From the NCBI GenBank assembly GCA_900088475.1, contig FLMG01003517.1, positions 1 to 42,824 of the forward strand: DNA of 42,824 nt. The letters are read 5' to 3'. This DNA comes from Hyphochytrium catenoides. Its lineage: Eukaryota > Protista > Hyphochytriomycota. Both the position numbers and the translations under genes were made by a program. Positions within the stretch are counted from its first letter, which is position 1, and each line of letters opens with the position of its first letter. The notes beneath the pieces are model-generated. The model was not told the DNA's origin and did no database searches. It was given only the letters and a program-made list of their open reading frames with translations. Of this stretch, positions 1-13,802 are shown in pieces.

Positions 1-36
1 CCCCCCTCTCTCTCTCTCTCTCTCGTTCCTCACTAG

Positions 37-2277
37 GGTCAACTACCACGCGATTGGCGTTTATGTGTCCAGTCGTGGAGGTTTTGCCCTTCATAATCCT
101 CAAGAAGAAGCCAGTCTGAAGGTGTCCGCATTTGTCTTCACTGGCGGAGAAGAAGAGAAACCCTTCACTCCTTGTCCATCCTCTCCTCTCTCTTCTTCTC
201 TCTCTTCTTCTCCCTCGGGCTGGCTGAGAGAAGCGATTGAAGAGAGAGACGTTGTAAGAATGAAGCGCTACCCTTTCCTGGTGGAGTCATTTGAGGACCA
301 CGTCGTCTCTTTCGGGCCCAATGACTTCTTTGTCATGCAGAAGATGCTAAAGGTGTCTTTCTCTCTCTCCCTCCGTCTCTCTCTTTCTCTCGTCATTTGT
401 CTCTCTGTTCCTTTTTCTCTCTTTTATGCTTTCTCTCTATTTTTCTTTCTCTCTCTTCTTCTCTCTCTCTCTTTCTCTTTGTCTCTGTCTTTCTCTCTCT
501 CTCTCTCTTTTATTTTCTCTTTCCCTCGCTCGCATTTAACTTTCCTCCTATGTCTTCTCTTTATGTTCCTTGGCCCTCTACTCCAATCCTCATTCTCTCC
601 ACACCCTTCCATCTCTTTCTCTCTTCTCTCTCTCTTTGTCTCTCTTCCCATATGATTGTCTCTGCTCTTGCTTGTTTTATCTTCTCTCTCCCTCTCTTTC
701 CCTCTCTACATCAAAAAACACTTCTTCTTCTATCTCTTTCTCTCACCTTCATTCTCTTTGTATTACTCTGTCTCTATCGTTCGTTAGGACGAAGCCCCGA
801 CGCCAGGTCTGAAAGGCGTTGTCTCTCTTCTGAAACTGTCCGACTGGGACCCAGATGTATTCTATAAATTTCGCGATGTTATTCTGGATCAATCACCTTC
901 CTGCGGTGCGAAGCTCCGTGCAGATCTGAAACGAGGGATCAGCCGCCTCTGGGCGAACTATTACAAATTAGAGTCGGATAAGGACATTGCATTTGAGATC
1001 GGTCGGTTCTTCTATGGAATCCGTGACTTCCAGCAAGCATTGGCCTTTTATCGGATCTCGAGCGAGAAGATCGGGAATCATCACGTGACGTTTCATAATA
1101 TGGGGCTCTGCTACTACTCTATGGGAAGCTATCAGGACGCCAAGAAGTGCTTTGAAGACAGTCTGACGGTAAGAGACACAGTCAACGTCTGCTCTCTCTC
1201 TCTCCTGTTTCTCTCCCTCCGTCTTTCTCACTCTCACTCTCTTTTTATCTTTACTTCTCCTTGGACTGGTTTACGTCGGTTCTTTCTCTCTATACTCTCT
1301 CTTCTCTCTCCTCTCTCTCTCTCTCTCTCGCCCTCTCTCTCTCTCTCTCGCCCTCTCCCTCGCTCCTTTTTTTAATTCTCTCTCTGCATTTCCTTTCTAT
1401 AGTCCTCCGTTCTTCACTGGTCATACCTTCTCATGAGATGCCCTCCTCTGGTCATCTCTATGTTTACCCTTCTCTCGTTTCCCTTCGTCTTGTCATCGTT
1501 TTCTCTCTTTCTCTCTCGCTGTGTCTGGCATCGTGCTCCCTGTGAAAACACTTGCTTACCTTCCCCTCTTTCCTCCTTCTCTTTCGTCATTTAAAAAGAT
1601 GTCTCCGGAATATGAAAAGGCAAGGACATGGAAGAAGAGAGTAGTGGATGAGCTGGAACTCCTGGAGAAGAGAAAGAAGGCAGCAGAAGAGGAAAAAGAA
1701 AGAAAGGACGATGATGAAGAAATGGTGGGAGAATCCACACTGATCGTGAAGATGGAGCACGTCAAGCTTGAGGTAGGAGAGAGAAGGAAAGAAGAGAGAG
1801 AGAGAGTCCGTCTGATTCTTAGTGTATTCTAGCTCATCTCTGTATCTCTTTCTCTTTTCTCTGTCAATTTTTCCACAGTTGCTCTCTCTCTCTCTCTCTC
1901 GTTTCTCTCCCTCACATTTTGTGACCTTACCAACTCAAAAGCTTCATTGTTATAAGTGTCTCTTTAGAAATCTTGCCTCTTCCTCTGTCTCCTTCATTGT
2001 TATAAGTTTCTCTTTCGTCCGCGATATTGCCTCTTTCTCTGTCTCCTGTCTCTCTCGCCTTTGCTCTTCTCCATACTTCCTCAGTCTGTGACATAGGGGT
2101 ATCCTCTCTCTCTCTGTTATTTTCTTTTTCTTCCTCTCTCTCTCTTTTCTCGCTCTATCTCCTCCTCTCTCCTCTTTTTGTCTCTTTCTCTCTCTCATTG
2201 GTCCTTTCTCTCTTCAGGTGGCTGGGTCGACCGATGATCCTGTGGTGGTGACGTCAGGACTGGCTGAAGTCTCCTGA
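37..2277 (+). CDS. 3' portion of a TPR-containing protein (5' end outside window); possibly the C-terminus of a MidA/NDUFAF7-like (DUF185) SAM-methyltransferase-TPR protein
   Basis: Exons 37-352, 788-1168, 1599-1772, 2218-2277, GT-AG and phase-consistent, ending TGA. The second exon gives DIAFEIGRFFYGIRDFQQALAFYRISSEKIGNHHVTFHNMGLCYYSMGSYQDAKKCFEDSL, two typical TPR units. The methyltransferase link is only a remembered resemblance of VNYHAIG / FGPNDFF / LSDWDPDVFYKF and is not demonstrable here. Confidence 0.75.
1942..2046 (+). repeat. Imperfect ~50-bp tandem duplication in an intron
   Basis: CTTCATTGTTATAAGT...TTGCCTCTT.CTCTGTCTCC occurs twice in tandem. Confidence 0.8.
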
Positions 2278-2991
2278 AGTAAAGGAAACCCGGGGGCAAA
2301 ATAGAGAGCCAAGAACCAGATGACGTCTCTCTCTCCCTCTCTCTTTTTGTTGCTTGTCTTCCTAGGGATACCTCGAGGGCCTATGAGACGCGGGGAATAG
2401 TCTCATCATCCTATAGAAGAGAGAGAAGGCAGTGAAAGAAGTGGGGAGAGAGAGAGAGAGAGAGAGATAGGAAGGCCCTTGCAGGGTGCACAGGTAAATG
2501 GTGGACTGAGAAGTCACCAGAGGAGAGAGAGGCAGGTCGTGGTCCCTCTGACTGCCATTAATAGGGAGCCAGTTTGTAAGCCAAAAACGTGTCAGAAAGA
2601 AAGACGTCAGAGAAGGAGAGAGTGGGAAAGAGAGAGAAAGAAGGACGGGGAATCGAGAGAGAGAAGGACTGGAATACTTAACAAAGGTTTGAGGTAGCTG
2701 AAGAGTCTCTCCAAAGGGGCAATTTTACTGAGTGAAGTACACCTTTCACTGGGAGTTAAGAGAAACAAGAAAAAAAAAGAAGAAGAGACAGCCCTACAAT
2801 AAAGTCATTTGCTGCCTTCTCAACTGTGATCCCCCTCACACATTTCTCTCTCTTTCCTTCATTTCTCCCCTATTCCTCTGTCGCGGAAGATAAATAAATA
2901 GGCTTGCAAAGAGAGAGAGACAAGAATCACCTTTCTCTTTGTCTCTCCTGATTACTTTCGCTTTTTCTTTTTCTCCCTCTCTCTCTCTCTC

Positions 2992-3622
2992 CTACTGTAT
3001 ACAGCAGCTGTCGTCTTTCTTTTTCCTCTTCTCTCCATGTTTCCCATGATGGTGGTGCCCATGGTGGTGCCGGACTGGAGGCGGCGCTTCTCTTTCTCTC
3101 TCTCTCTGTGCCTTGTAATATTCTTCTATTTGTCGCTGCGCTGCAATCTGCTCTTCCAAGAGAGAAGAGGGAGGGCCTCCTCCTTCCTCCGCCCTATGTG
3201 CAGCACGCTGAAAGAGAGAGAAGAGAGGAGAACAGAGAGAGAGAGAGAGAGAGAGAGAAATGAAACAGGGAGAGAGAAAAGGCAGGGCATAGCGCTGTAA
3301 GGAGAACATGCCTTGGCTTGTGAGAGGAGAATCGAGAAAGAGACAGGCATCTGACGGTTTTATACACCTTCTGCACTACGAGAGAAAGAGAGAGAAAAGA
3401 GAAAGATAGAGAGAGGGAGGGAGACACAGAGAGAAAGAAACTAGAAAGAGAAAGAGGGGGAGATGTCTACTAGATGAGCGGCAACGTGGAGAAACGAGAG
3501 AGGAAGCTTTCATAGCACGGCCGCAGAGGTGGCCTTTGTACCTCTTCCGCTCCCATTCTCTCCCGTGACATTTCATTCTCCCGTCTCTGCAGCTCCAAAG
3601 CGAAGAGGTAGTCCGCGCTGGG

Positions 3623-3659
<37 letters not shown>

Positions 3660-4623
3660 AAGAGAAATTAGAGACAGCGATGGATAGAGAAAGAGAGTCG
3701 AGCAAGATGAGGCTGCTCCCAGTTGCGAAATAGTTAGGGGATGCGTAAAGAGAAGGAAAGAGAGAGAGAGAGAGCAAACAAAATTCATAAAAAGCGTGTG
3801 AGAGAAAGAGAGACGTAGAGGAAGAGAGAGGCGCGAAAGGCTCACTCATGCACTTGATTCGAGACAACAGCGGCGGGATGGCCGGGACCCTGCGGATGAA
3901 GAGCAACGGAAAAGTTAACTATTTCTTCTCAGAAGAAACAAGTGAAAGGAAGAGAGAGAGGAGAGAGAAGAGAGAGAGACAGAGAGAGAGTCACAAGAGA
4001 GAGAGAGAGACAGACCAGACAGAGAGAGAGAGAAAAGGGAAACGAGTAGCAACTGCAAGGAGAACATTTTAGTCCTAAAGAAGAAAGGGGCCGACTTAAC
4101 GAAATAAGGGCGAAGCACAACGAGACAAGGGGAGAGCAAAACCGCGCTCGCGCTCGAGAGAGAAATTGAGAGAAGAAAGGAAACCTGTTTAGCCTACAGA
4201 ATGGCAGGGGAGGGACTAGCATGGATAACAGTACTTTGGAGACAGAGGAAGAAGCAAAGAAAAAGAAAGGCAGAACGCAAAGAGACAGAGAGAGCCACAG
4301 AGAAAAGGAGAGACAGAAAGAGAGAGAGAGACAGCAAGAGAGAGAGAGAGAGAAAGAAAGAGAAAGAGAGAGAGAGAAAAAGAGCCTACCATGCCCTGTA
4401 CGAGGACCTGTCCCTGAGAGACACTCTGAGGTTGAGGCGGAGGAGAAGAGAGAGAGGAAGAAGGAGGAGAGAAAGCACTCTTCACAGCGCTGAGAGCGCC
4501 ATTCACGGCTCCGCTCACGGCGTCCAGAGCTCCACCAGACCCAGCGTTCTCTCCTCTCTCCTGAGCGCTAAAGAGCTGGAACCTTGAGTCGCAGTACTCT
4601 GTGTCGCCGTCAATCTGACAGCA

Positions 4624-4667
<44 letters not shown>

Positions 4668-5324
4668 CGAAAGAAGAGGAAGTGAGAGAGAGAGCGAAAG
4701 ACCGGAGAGAGAGTGTAGAAGAAAGAGAGAGAAGGCAAAGCGGAGAGTTTTGTATATTGAAGGTTGTTCGTCACGAAAGACGGAAAGAGAGAGAGAAAGG
4801 GCAAGAGGGACGGAGAAAATGTTGAAAATTTTTCAATGAAGACGAGTCCAGTATACGAAGGATGAGAGAGAGAGAGAGAGGGCAAGATGGAGAGAAACAG
4901 GATTAGGAAACCCGATAGAGGGAAGACGGAGATGCGAGAAAGAAAACAACCAGGATTGAGTACAGAGCCCACATAACTCTCCAGCAACAGGGAAAGGAGA
5001 GTACTTTCTCTCTCTCTCTTTTTCACCAACTCTCTCTCTCTCTCCTGTTCAAGGCTTTCTACAGGCCCCTTCTTCTCCACCAAGCTTCTCTCTTTCTCTC
5101 TCTTTCTCTCTCTTCTCTCTCTTCTCTCTCTCTCTCTCTCTCTCTCTTTCAAAGAAGTGCCTACCGCTATGAGTCTCTCCCATATAATGTTGGGCTGGTC
5201 CTCGAAACCTGCGTCAGTGACGAGAAGGAAGATGTCGCCCTGAAACTTGAAGAGAACGCTGAAGTGATTGTTCCGGAAGAAAACAGCCAACTCTCTCTCC
5301 TTTACGTCCTCGTGAAGCTGTCAA

Positions 5325-5364
<40 letters not shown>

Positions 5365-5810
5365 CCGAGGGAGAGAGCGCCATAGTGAGAGGCCAAATGG
5401 GTGGAGAGGAACGGGAAAAGAAAGTGACATGCAGGGGTGCAACGGTAAGGAGAGAGAGAGGAAGAGAGAGAGAGAGAGTGAGAGAGAGCGATATAAACTC
5501 GAGAGAGAGAGAGAGAGTCAATCTCGACCGAAGGGAAAAAGATTGAGTAAAGGAAGAGCAGCAGAAGAAGAGAACTAGCTACGAGGAAGAAAGAACTAGG
5601 GGAAACGGTGAAAGACGAAAAGAAAATGCCAAAGAAGATTAGAGAGATAACACAAGACATACATAACGCGTGAGAGCGAAATGAAGGAGAGAGAGAGAGA
5701 AAGAAAGAGAGAGCGAGAGGGAGAAAAAGAGAGAGAAAAAGAAAGAAAGACAGAGAGAGAGGGAGAAAGCGAGAGAGTGGAAAGCGAGAGAACGATAAAG
5801 CGTTGTGAGT

Positions 5811-5862
<52 letters not shown>

Positions 5863-6233
5863 AGAGATGTCAACCTTGCGTATTCCATAATAGGTCAGCT
5901 GACTAGCAGTTGTGTTGAGAAATTCTTCTATCTTCTTTCCTTCCCCTAGTTGCCTCCGTCTCTCCTTACAAGAGGGAGAGACTGGGGGAGAGGAAGAGGA
6001 ACAACTGTCCATTGGTGTTACTCTCTCTCCTTCCTCTTCTTCTCTCTTCTCCTGTTTCTCATTCTCTCCTTTTCCATCCTTGCCTTCTTCAATAAGAGAG
6101 ACACCGCTGTCTTTCTCTCTTCGAGAAAGAAAGGAGCGATAAGCGATAATCTTTTCTATCAGCTGATTATAGGACTGGCTCCCGATGATCGCGCGCTGGC
6201 AAATGAGAGACAAGAAAGCAAAACATGAGTAGA

Positions 6234-6277
<44 letters not shown>

Positions 6278-7032
6278 GAAAGACACACTAAGAGATAGAT
6301 AGAGAAAAATAGATTAGAGGAAAAGCGAGGGGCGGGAGAGAGTGAGATCAAGAGACAAGACCCGCCCCTAGAGGTGAAAGAGAAGGGAGCAAAAAGAGAG
6401 AGAGAGAGAGAGAGAAGGCGAGGAGGTGGGGGAAGGAGGAGAGAGAGAACTAACGGTGTCTGTGTCTTCTTCCTCGACGAGCCAACCGTGGTAAAGGGTG
6501 ATGTCCAACATGTCGAAGACTGCCGCCTCCTTGGTGTATTCAAAGCCAGTGGTGCTTGAGGTCAGGAGAGGGAGAGAGAGAGAGAGAGAAAGTGAGAGAC
6601 AGATAGAGGCCTTCGATAGAAAAAGACAGGGAAGACTTTCTTTTAGGTAGATACTAACAAGAAACGCAACCGGTCAAGAGACAAAGCCATTGAAGAGAGA
6701 GAAAGAGGCAAATAGGGGCGAGGAAAGGAGCATGAGGATGGAGAGAAGATAGAGAGAAAGAGAGAGAAAGAAGGAAGAGAAAGAGAAGAAGAAGAAGAGA
6801 GAGGACGAAAACGAGAAACAAGAAAGAAGAAGAGAGCGATTGCCGAGGCATCTACCTGTTAAACTTCACATTGACGTCTAGACCCACGAGAAGGTGAGGG
6901 AGAAGAGATATCGCGTCGTCCAGATTCTGCTGCTGGTGCTCTGCAAGCTCCGGATTATTTAGCTTACAAACCAAAGAGAGAGAGAGCAAGAGAGAGAGAG
7001 AGCAAGAGAGAGAGAGAAAGAGAGAGAGAGAA

Positions 7033-7064
<32 letters not shown>

Positions 7065-7138
7065 GAAGGGAGGGGAGAAAGAGAGAGAGACAGCAAAGTG
7101 ATTTGAGGTCATGGAGCAAAGTAGAGACACCTTCAAAG

Positions 7139-7175
<37 letters not shown>

Positions 7176-7745
7176 AAGGGAGAGAGAAGAAGGAGGAGAG
7201 TCTAGCGCAAACAAAGGTAAAAGGAGAGAGGACGAGGAGCAGACTTTTCTGAACAGCCAAGGTAAGTTCATCAGAGATATCAGAAATAAGAGAGACACAG
7301 AACTGAGAAAAATTCCATAAAGAGAGAGAGAAGAAGAGCTGAGAGAGAGAGAGAGAGTAAAAGAGGTAAGAGAGAGTAGAGAGAAAAGAAGAGGAAAAAA
7401 GAGAGAGACAGAGAGACCCACACAAATGCGAAGAAAATTTCCATAAGGAGAGAGAGAGAGAGAAGGAGAGCTAAGAGAGAGAGAGAGAAGTATACAAGAG
7501 AAAAGAGATAAGAGAGAGAGAATAAGCGGAAGAAAGAGAGCGACAGAGAGAGAGAGAGAGGAAGAGAGAGAGAAAGAGTACGGGCTTATTGGTCTCCAGC
7601 AGATGATCCGCAATGATGCAGATCAGATAATCGGCAGTGACCTAAGAGAGAGCCACAATATTAGTTCAATCAGACCGGAGTGTGGGAAAGAGAAGGAAGA
7701 GGAAGAGAGAGACTGAGACAGAGGGTAAGAGAGAGAGAGAGAGAG

Positions 7746-7782
<37 letters not shown>

Positions 7783-8136
7783 GGGAGAGAGAGAGAGAGA
7801 AAAAGTGGTAGAGAGAGAGAAGGAGGGAGAGAAGGAAGAGGACACGAAGACATAAGTGGAAAGAGATTAGACGATGGAGTGCTCTCCGTTCTGCTGTACC
7901 TGGTTATAGTCTCTGTGAATAGAAATGTTACCTCTAAGGAGTAGAGTGTTGCCTAGGCAAGGAGAGGGAGATGGCGAGAGATAGAGAGAGAGAGAGAGAC
8001 ACACACAAGTAGTGAGTAGGGGACGTAGGAAAGACCGAAGGAGAGAGAGCGACAACAAAGAAGAAAAGGAAGCAGAAAGGTTGACGGAAGAGAAAGCGAC
8101 GCAGTAAGCGCCAGAGATAAGAGAGAGCGAGAGGGA

Positions 8137-8192
<56 letters not shown>

Positions 8193-8609
8193 GGTCGTAC
8201 AGATAGCAAGCAAGGGACAAGGTCCATTCTCTGCCTGAAGAAGAATGGCAACCTCTCTCTCTAAGAACTTCGTTCTCTTCACGCGGTAGATGGAAGAGGG
8301 AGGAGGGGGACGAGGGAGAGAGAGAGAGTCTGAAGGTTGAGTCTCTCTCTCTGTCTCTGAAACGGCAGCCGCAGGCACTGAAGGAACAGGACAGAGAGAC
8401 TCAGAAGTAGGAGTCTCTCTTCTTTCCTCTTCCTCTTGAGTCAATGGAGACGACTTGTGACGCAGATCTTGGTCTGTCTCTTTCTCTCCCTCTTCGGCTC
8501 TCTCTTCTCCTTGAAGCTTCTCTCCTGCAGGTTCTTCGGATGGAGAAGAAATGGAAGAGAAAGGATGTGGGAGAGAGGCGTCGTTGTCGCCTTCCAACCT
8601 CTCTTCCAT
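2992..8609 (-). CDS. MINDY1: MINDY-1/2 (FAM63) family K48 deubiquitinase with MIU motif and C-terminal CaaX, ~587 aa
   Basis: Exons 8609-8201, 7952-7900, 7641-7582, 6962-6856, 6554-6455, 6195-5875, 5317-5165, 4614-4390, 3889-3846, 3617-3542, 3207-2992; all phases match (1764 nt). Motifs: ILLQAENGPCPLLAICNTLLL (catalytic Cys), GLDVNVKF, LYHGWL, SYNQL, TASQLTYYG, VFFRNNHFS (catalytic His), LVTDAGF, WERL, DGD. MIU-like DADYLFALELQ; ends KRKKKDDSCCIQ*. Confidence 0.93.
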
Positions 8610-9025
8610 GTTTCTCTTCTTTGGCCGGAGGATGTTTCCTCTCTTTCTGAGAGAGAGACACCAAGGGGAGATGCTGAGAGCGCAAAGCGATGGAACTAGC
8701 AAGAGGCAGGGCGAGAGAGCAAGAAGAGAGAGAGAGAAAAAGAAAGAGAGAGAGAGAAAGGGAGACAAAAGTGCAGCCTAGCGATGACGATGAACGAACA
8801 AGTGTATCTGCTGTCGGTGGCGAGAGCTTGTAGAACTAAATGTCTTCGTCCGAAAACTTTGTGAGCGGAGGCAGTGATGGAATGAGGCAGTGATGCGAGA
8901 GAGAGAAGAGAGAGAGAGGAGAGGGAAGCCGAGAGAGAAAGAGAGGGAGACAGAGAGAGAGAGAAAGGAGAGTGAGAGAGAGAAAAAAGGAGAAAAGAGT
9001 GAGAGAGAGAAAGGAGAGAGAGAGA

Positions 9026-9073
<48 letters not shown>

Positions 9074-9139
9074 AAGGAGAGAGAGGAGAGAGAGAGAGAT
9101 AAGACAGGAAAGGAGGAAAACGGAGAAAGAGAAGAATGA

Positions 9140-9460
9140 TGAATGTTTGATGCACAGAATACCTTATAATTCACCGCTACGGGAAGATTCTTAATAATCT
9201 ATCCTCCGCACCTTCCTGATAATATGCCGCTCATACTTCTTTTTTCTGCTGGCACTGCTTGATCGTAAAGATCAGAATGAGTGATAATCGTATGAATGAA
9301 AAAAACTGAGGAAGCTTTAATTCCCAAACCCCTCTGGAACTATACACTGGGATAAGGCTCTGATCCCTTGATATTCTCACATGTGGGAATTGCAAAGTAC
9401 CACAATTTCGGTTACCAAAGAGGGAACTTGTCAATCTGGCTTTCTTGCTGTCGCCTCATC
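9140..9460. promoter_or_regulatory. Microsatellite-free island, candidate bidirectional promoter of MINDY/PTEN
   Basis: Complex AT-richer sequence lying between two divergent start codons, at the point where strand bias flips from (GA)n to (CT)n. Confidence 0.5.
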
Positions 9461-9520
<60 letters not shown>

Positions 9521-10181
9521 TCCTTTTTCCCGTCTTCCCTTCGCCCCTTTTTTGCTCTACGGGTTTCTTGCCCTTTTCTACATATGGCACACACTCTCTC
9601 TATCTTTCTGTCTTTCTCTCTCCGTCATAAGTCGGCTCCAGCACAGCAATTACCTATCCGCTCTTATGGCGCGGAACCTTCTCTATCTCTCTCTCCCTTT
9701 CTCTCTCTCCTCCTGCCTGTCTCTTCGTCTCTTGCCTTTCTCTATCGCCCGCGGGCGTTCCTTTCTTCTGACACGCGCCGGCCATTCGTCGTGCCCAAGA
9801 CTCTCAGCTTGACAGGGTCTTCGCTTCTCTTTGCGCACTCTCCTATTTTTCTATGTCTCTCTCCTTTTCTCTTTCCGTCTCGTGGCTTTCTCTCGGTCTC
9901 TCTCCTCACCTTTCCACCTTCTCTCTTCGTTCGGTGCGTCGCTTCCCATTGACTCCCATCTTCTCTCTCTCTCTCTCTCTCTCCCTCTCTCTCCCTCTCT
10001 CGGCTCGGTTCAATCACAAGCTTCTCTGCGTCAGCATCCACCCTCTCCCACTTTCTCTCTCTCCCGCCTTTACGATGACAATATAGTAGGACAATAAGAA
10101 ATCTCCGTTCTCTTTCTCGTCCTATTCTCTTTTCTTTCCTTCTTTCTCTCTCTCTCTCTTTCTCTCTCTCCTTTGGCTGCC

Positions 10182-10293
10182 ATGGCTTCCGTTGACTCTG
10201 TGCCTGGCGTTCTCTTGAGCCCACGAGGGAAGGTGAAAGAGGAAGGAAAGAGTTCCACAGCTCAAGCACTAGGAAAGTCTCTGGCAAAAACGT

Positions 10294-10334
<41 letters not shown>

Positions 10335-11390
10335 TCTCTCTCTCTCCTTCATCTCTCTGTTCCTCCCTCTCTCCCTCTTTTCATTCAGTCTCTCTTCTAT
10401 CTGCGACCGCGGCTAATGCATGTTTCTTTTCCTCAGGGGAAGGCGCCACGTCTCTCTTGAGCTCTCTCTCTCGTCCTCCGACCCATCCCTCTTCCTCTTC
10501 CTCTCATGCTTTCTCTCTCTCTTCTCTCTCTCTCTCCTCCCGCCCTCCGCCTCTCCAAGTAGAGAGCAACGCTGTAGTGGGGGGAGGAGGAGGAGGAGAG
10601 ACAGGAGAGAGACAGTCCAAGGGCTCAGAATATGATGTACGTCCTTAAGACCTGAACCTGTGAGGAGAGAAAGAGGAAAAGAGAGAGAGAGAGAGGAGAA
10701 AAGTGCAGAGAGAGACAGAGATAGAAGAAGAGGGAAAGGAGAAAGGCGAAAGCGAAAGAGTATAATTGGCAATTGGAAAAGGGAGAGAAATTGAGCCGGG
10801 ACAGAGAGAAGAGAAATCAGAGAGAGAGAAGAGGTGATAGGGAATGTAGACAGTGACAGGAGAAGAAAGCTATGGGAGAGAGCGAGAGACAGATGAACAA
10901 CAACAAGAGCAACGGAAGGCATAATAAGATAGGGCAAAACAGAGAGCGAAGAGAGGACATGGCTCTTCACTAACGGTGTCTCTCTTTTTCTCACTCTCTC
11001 TCTCTCTCTCTCTCTCTNNNNNNNNNNNNNNNNNNNNNNNNNNNNNNNNNNNNNNNNNNNNNNNNNNNNNNNNNNNNNNCTCTCTCTCTCTCTCTCTCTC
11101 CTCGTTCCTCTGGTCTCCTTTTTCCCCGCACAACAATCTATGTCCTCTCTCTCTCTCCTCTCTCTCTCTCTTTTGTGCTCTCTCTTATCCAGGATCTGAT
11201 GAGTCTGGGAGAAGATACTACGGATGAGGAAGATGGGGGCCCTGAAGAGAGAAACGATGGAGGTCCTTCTCCTTCTCATCCCTCTTCCACCTCCATCCTC
11301 TCCAACCACAGCTCCTCCTCCAGGTAAAACGAAGGCACAAAGCGAGACATCCGCTGACAGGGAGAGGGAGAGAAGAGAGACAGACAGGGG

Positions 11391-11422
<32 letters not shown>

Positions 11423-11947
11423 AAGAGAGTTAAAATTATCTGCAATTCGCGAAAAGATACCCTTCGTCTTCTCGTCTTCTTAAACAGCATTTTCGCTCTC
11501 TCTCTCTCTCTCTCTCTCTCTAGTTCTCTTCCCGTCGGAGAAGAGACACCTCGTGGTCCACCGTCTCCCTCTTCAGAGCACAGTCGAGGTGTGACCAATA
11601 ATCTTAGGAAACTGGTCAGCAGAGAGAAGAGAAGATTCGTCGACCAAGAGTTTGACCTGGACCTCACCTGTAAGAGAACAAATAGGGCCAGCCTATTCTC
11701 TCTCTTCCGCCCCTCCCTCCCTCTCTCCTTTTGTCATCTTTCTCTTCTTTTTCTCACCATCTTGGCTCTTTCTCGCTCTTTTTTTTTCAGAACTGTGCTC
11801 TCTTTCTCTCCCGTCAGAACCTCTTTTATCTCTACCTCCACACCCTTCCTTTCCCCGTTTCTCTCCCTTTGTCTCTCTCTCTCAGCGGTGTCTGCCTCAC
11901 TCGTATTTTCTGTTTTATCCATTCCCCTTGCTCCTCCCCTTTCTCTC

Positions 11948-12034
<87 letters not shown>

Positions 12035-13519
12035 CTTTCTCTCTCTCTGTTTCTCTCTCTCTCTGTCTCTCTCTTTCTCTGTTTGTGTGTCTGTCTTTTC
12101 ACTTCTCTCTTGTCTTTCTAAATACCCTGTCTCCACTGGTTAATCCTTCTTCTTCTCTTTCTCTCTCCCTTGGCAGATATAACGCCTCGCGTCATTGCGA
12201 TGGGATTTCCTGCTGAGAAGCTAGAAGGCGTTTACCGTAACAGTTACACGGTAAGAGAGAGACACAGAAGGAAAGAGAGAAGAAGAGAGAGAGAGAGAAA
12301 GAGAGAGAGAGGGAGAGAGGAAGGGAGAGGGAGAAAGAGAGATACAGAAAGAAAGAGAGAAGAGACCCATAGAGAGAATGAGAGAGAGAGAGGGAGAGAG
12401 GAAGGGAGAAAGAGAGAGACAGAAAGAAAGAGAGAAGAGACTGAACTTGACTCTTCCTTTTGTCTCTCTCTCCCCCTCTCTCTCTGTTTGTCTCTCTGTC
12501 TCTCTCTGTCTCTCCTTCCCGACCTCTCTCTTCTCCCTGTTCTCTCCTTTCTCAGGATGTTTACAATTTTTTGGAGAAGCGGCACCAAGGGCACTATAAG
12601 CTTTACAACCTGTAAGAGAGATGACACAGCTTCTCTCGCTCCTATTTCTTCTCTCTCGTTCTCTCTCTCTCTCACACACCCTGCCTCTCTCTGTTTCTCT
12701 CCTTGTGTCTCCTCCCTCTCTCTCTCTCTCTCTCTCTCTCGCGGTTCCTTTCGTATTAGCCCTTGTCCTGACTCCTCTCCCAGGTGCGCGGAAGCCGAGC
12801 GAGATTATGAACCTTCGAAGTTTCATGGCAGAGGTGAGAAAATGAAGAGAGGCAGCAAGACAGAAGCAGAGAGAGAGAGAGATAAGAATGACAGGGGGAA
12901 GTAAGAGAGAAACAAAAGAGAGAGAGAGAGAAAGATCAGCGAAGAGTGAGAGAGAAAAATGGGAAAGAAAGCAAGAAGGAGACGGGCAGACAGAAAGAGA
13001 GGGAGAGAAAGAGAGAGAGAAAGAGAGAGAGAATCAGAGGAACAAAGGGAGAGGGAGAGGGCAGAGAGAGAGAGAGATCAGCAGGCCGTCCTCTCTCACT
13101 CTGTCTTGCAGTCTCCAAGTTCCCTTTTTATGACCACAACCCGCCGCCCGTCAGACTCTTCCAAGAGTTTTGTGAGGACGCTGACCAGGTAAGCCAGGCG
13201 GGATATATCTCCCTCTCTCCCCCATCTCTTTCCCTTCTCTCTCTCTTCTCTCTCTCTTCTTTCTCTCTTTCTCATTTTCCTACGTCTCCCTTCTCTTCTC
13301 TCTCTCTCTCTCTTCTCTTGTCTCTCCCTTGCCCAGTAACTTTCTCCTCTTCTCCTTTTACAATAAGCTGAAGTTTCCCAACGGTCTCTCTCTCCTTTTC
13401 TCTCTCTTTCTCTTTGGGTCTCCTTGTGGAACCTGCTTATCCCTTCCCTATATTTTCCCTTTGCTGCTTGTCTTTCTGTTCTACTTCTAAACGTCACTCT
13501 ATTTCGTTTAGTTCTAATC

Positions 13520-13566
<47 letters not shown>

Positions 13567-13765
13567 CTCTCTCTCTCTCTCTCTCTCCACAGTTCCTCCG
13601 CTCCCATCCTCTGAATGTGATTGCTGTGCATTGCAAGGCGGGGAAGGGTCGGACTGGAGTCATGATCTGTGCCTTTCTCCTCTACTGCGGAGCCTTCTCT
13701 TCCTCTCTCGGCGCTACCAAATACTATGGACTGGCAAGGACTCATAACAACAAGGTAAGGAGGAC

Positions 13766-13802
<37 letters not shown>

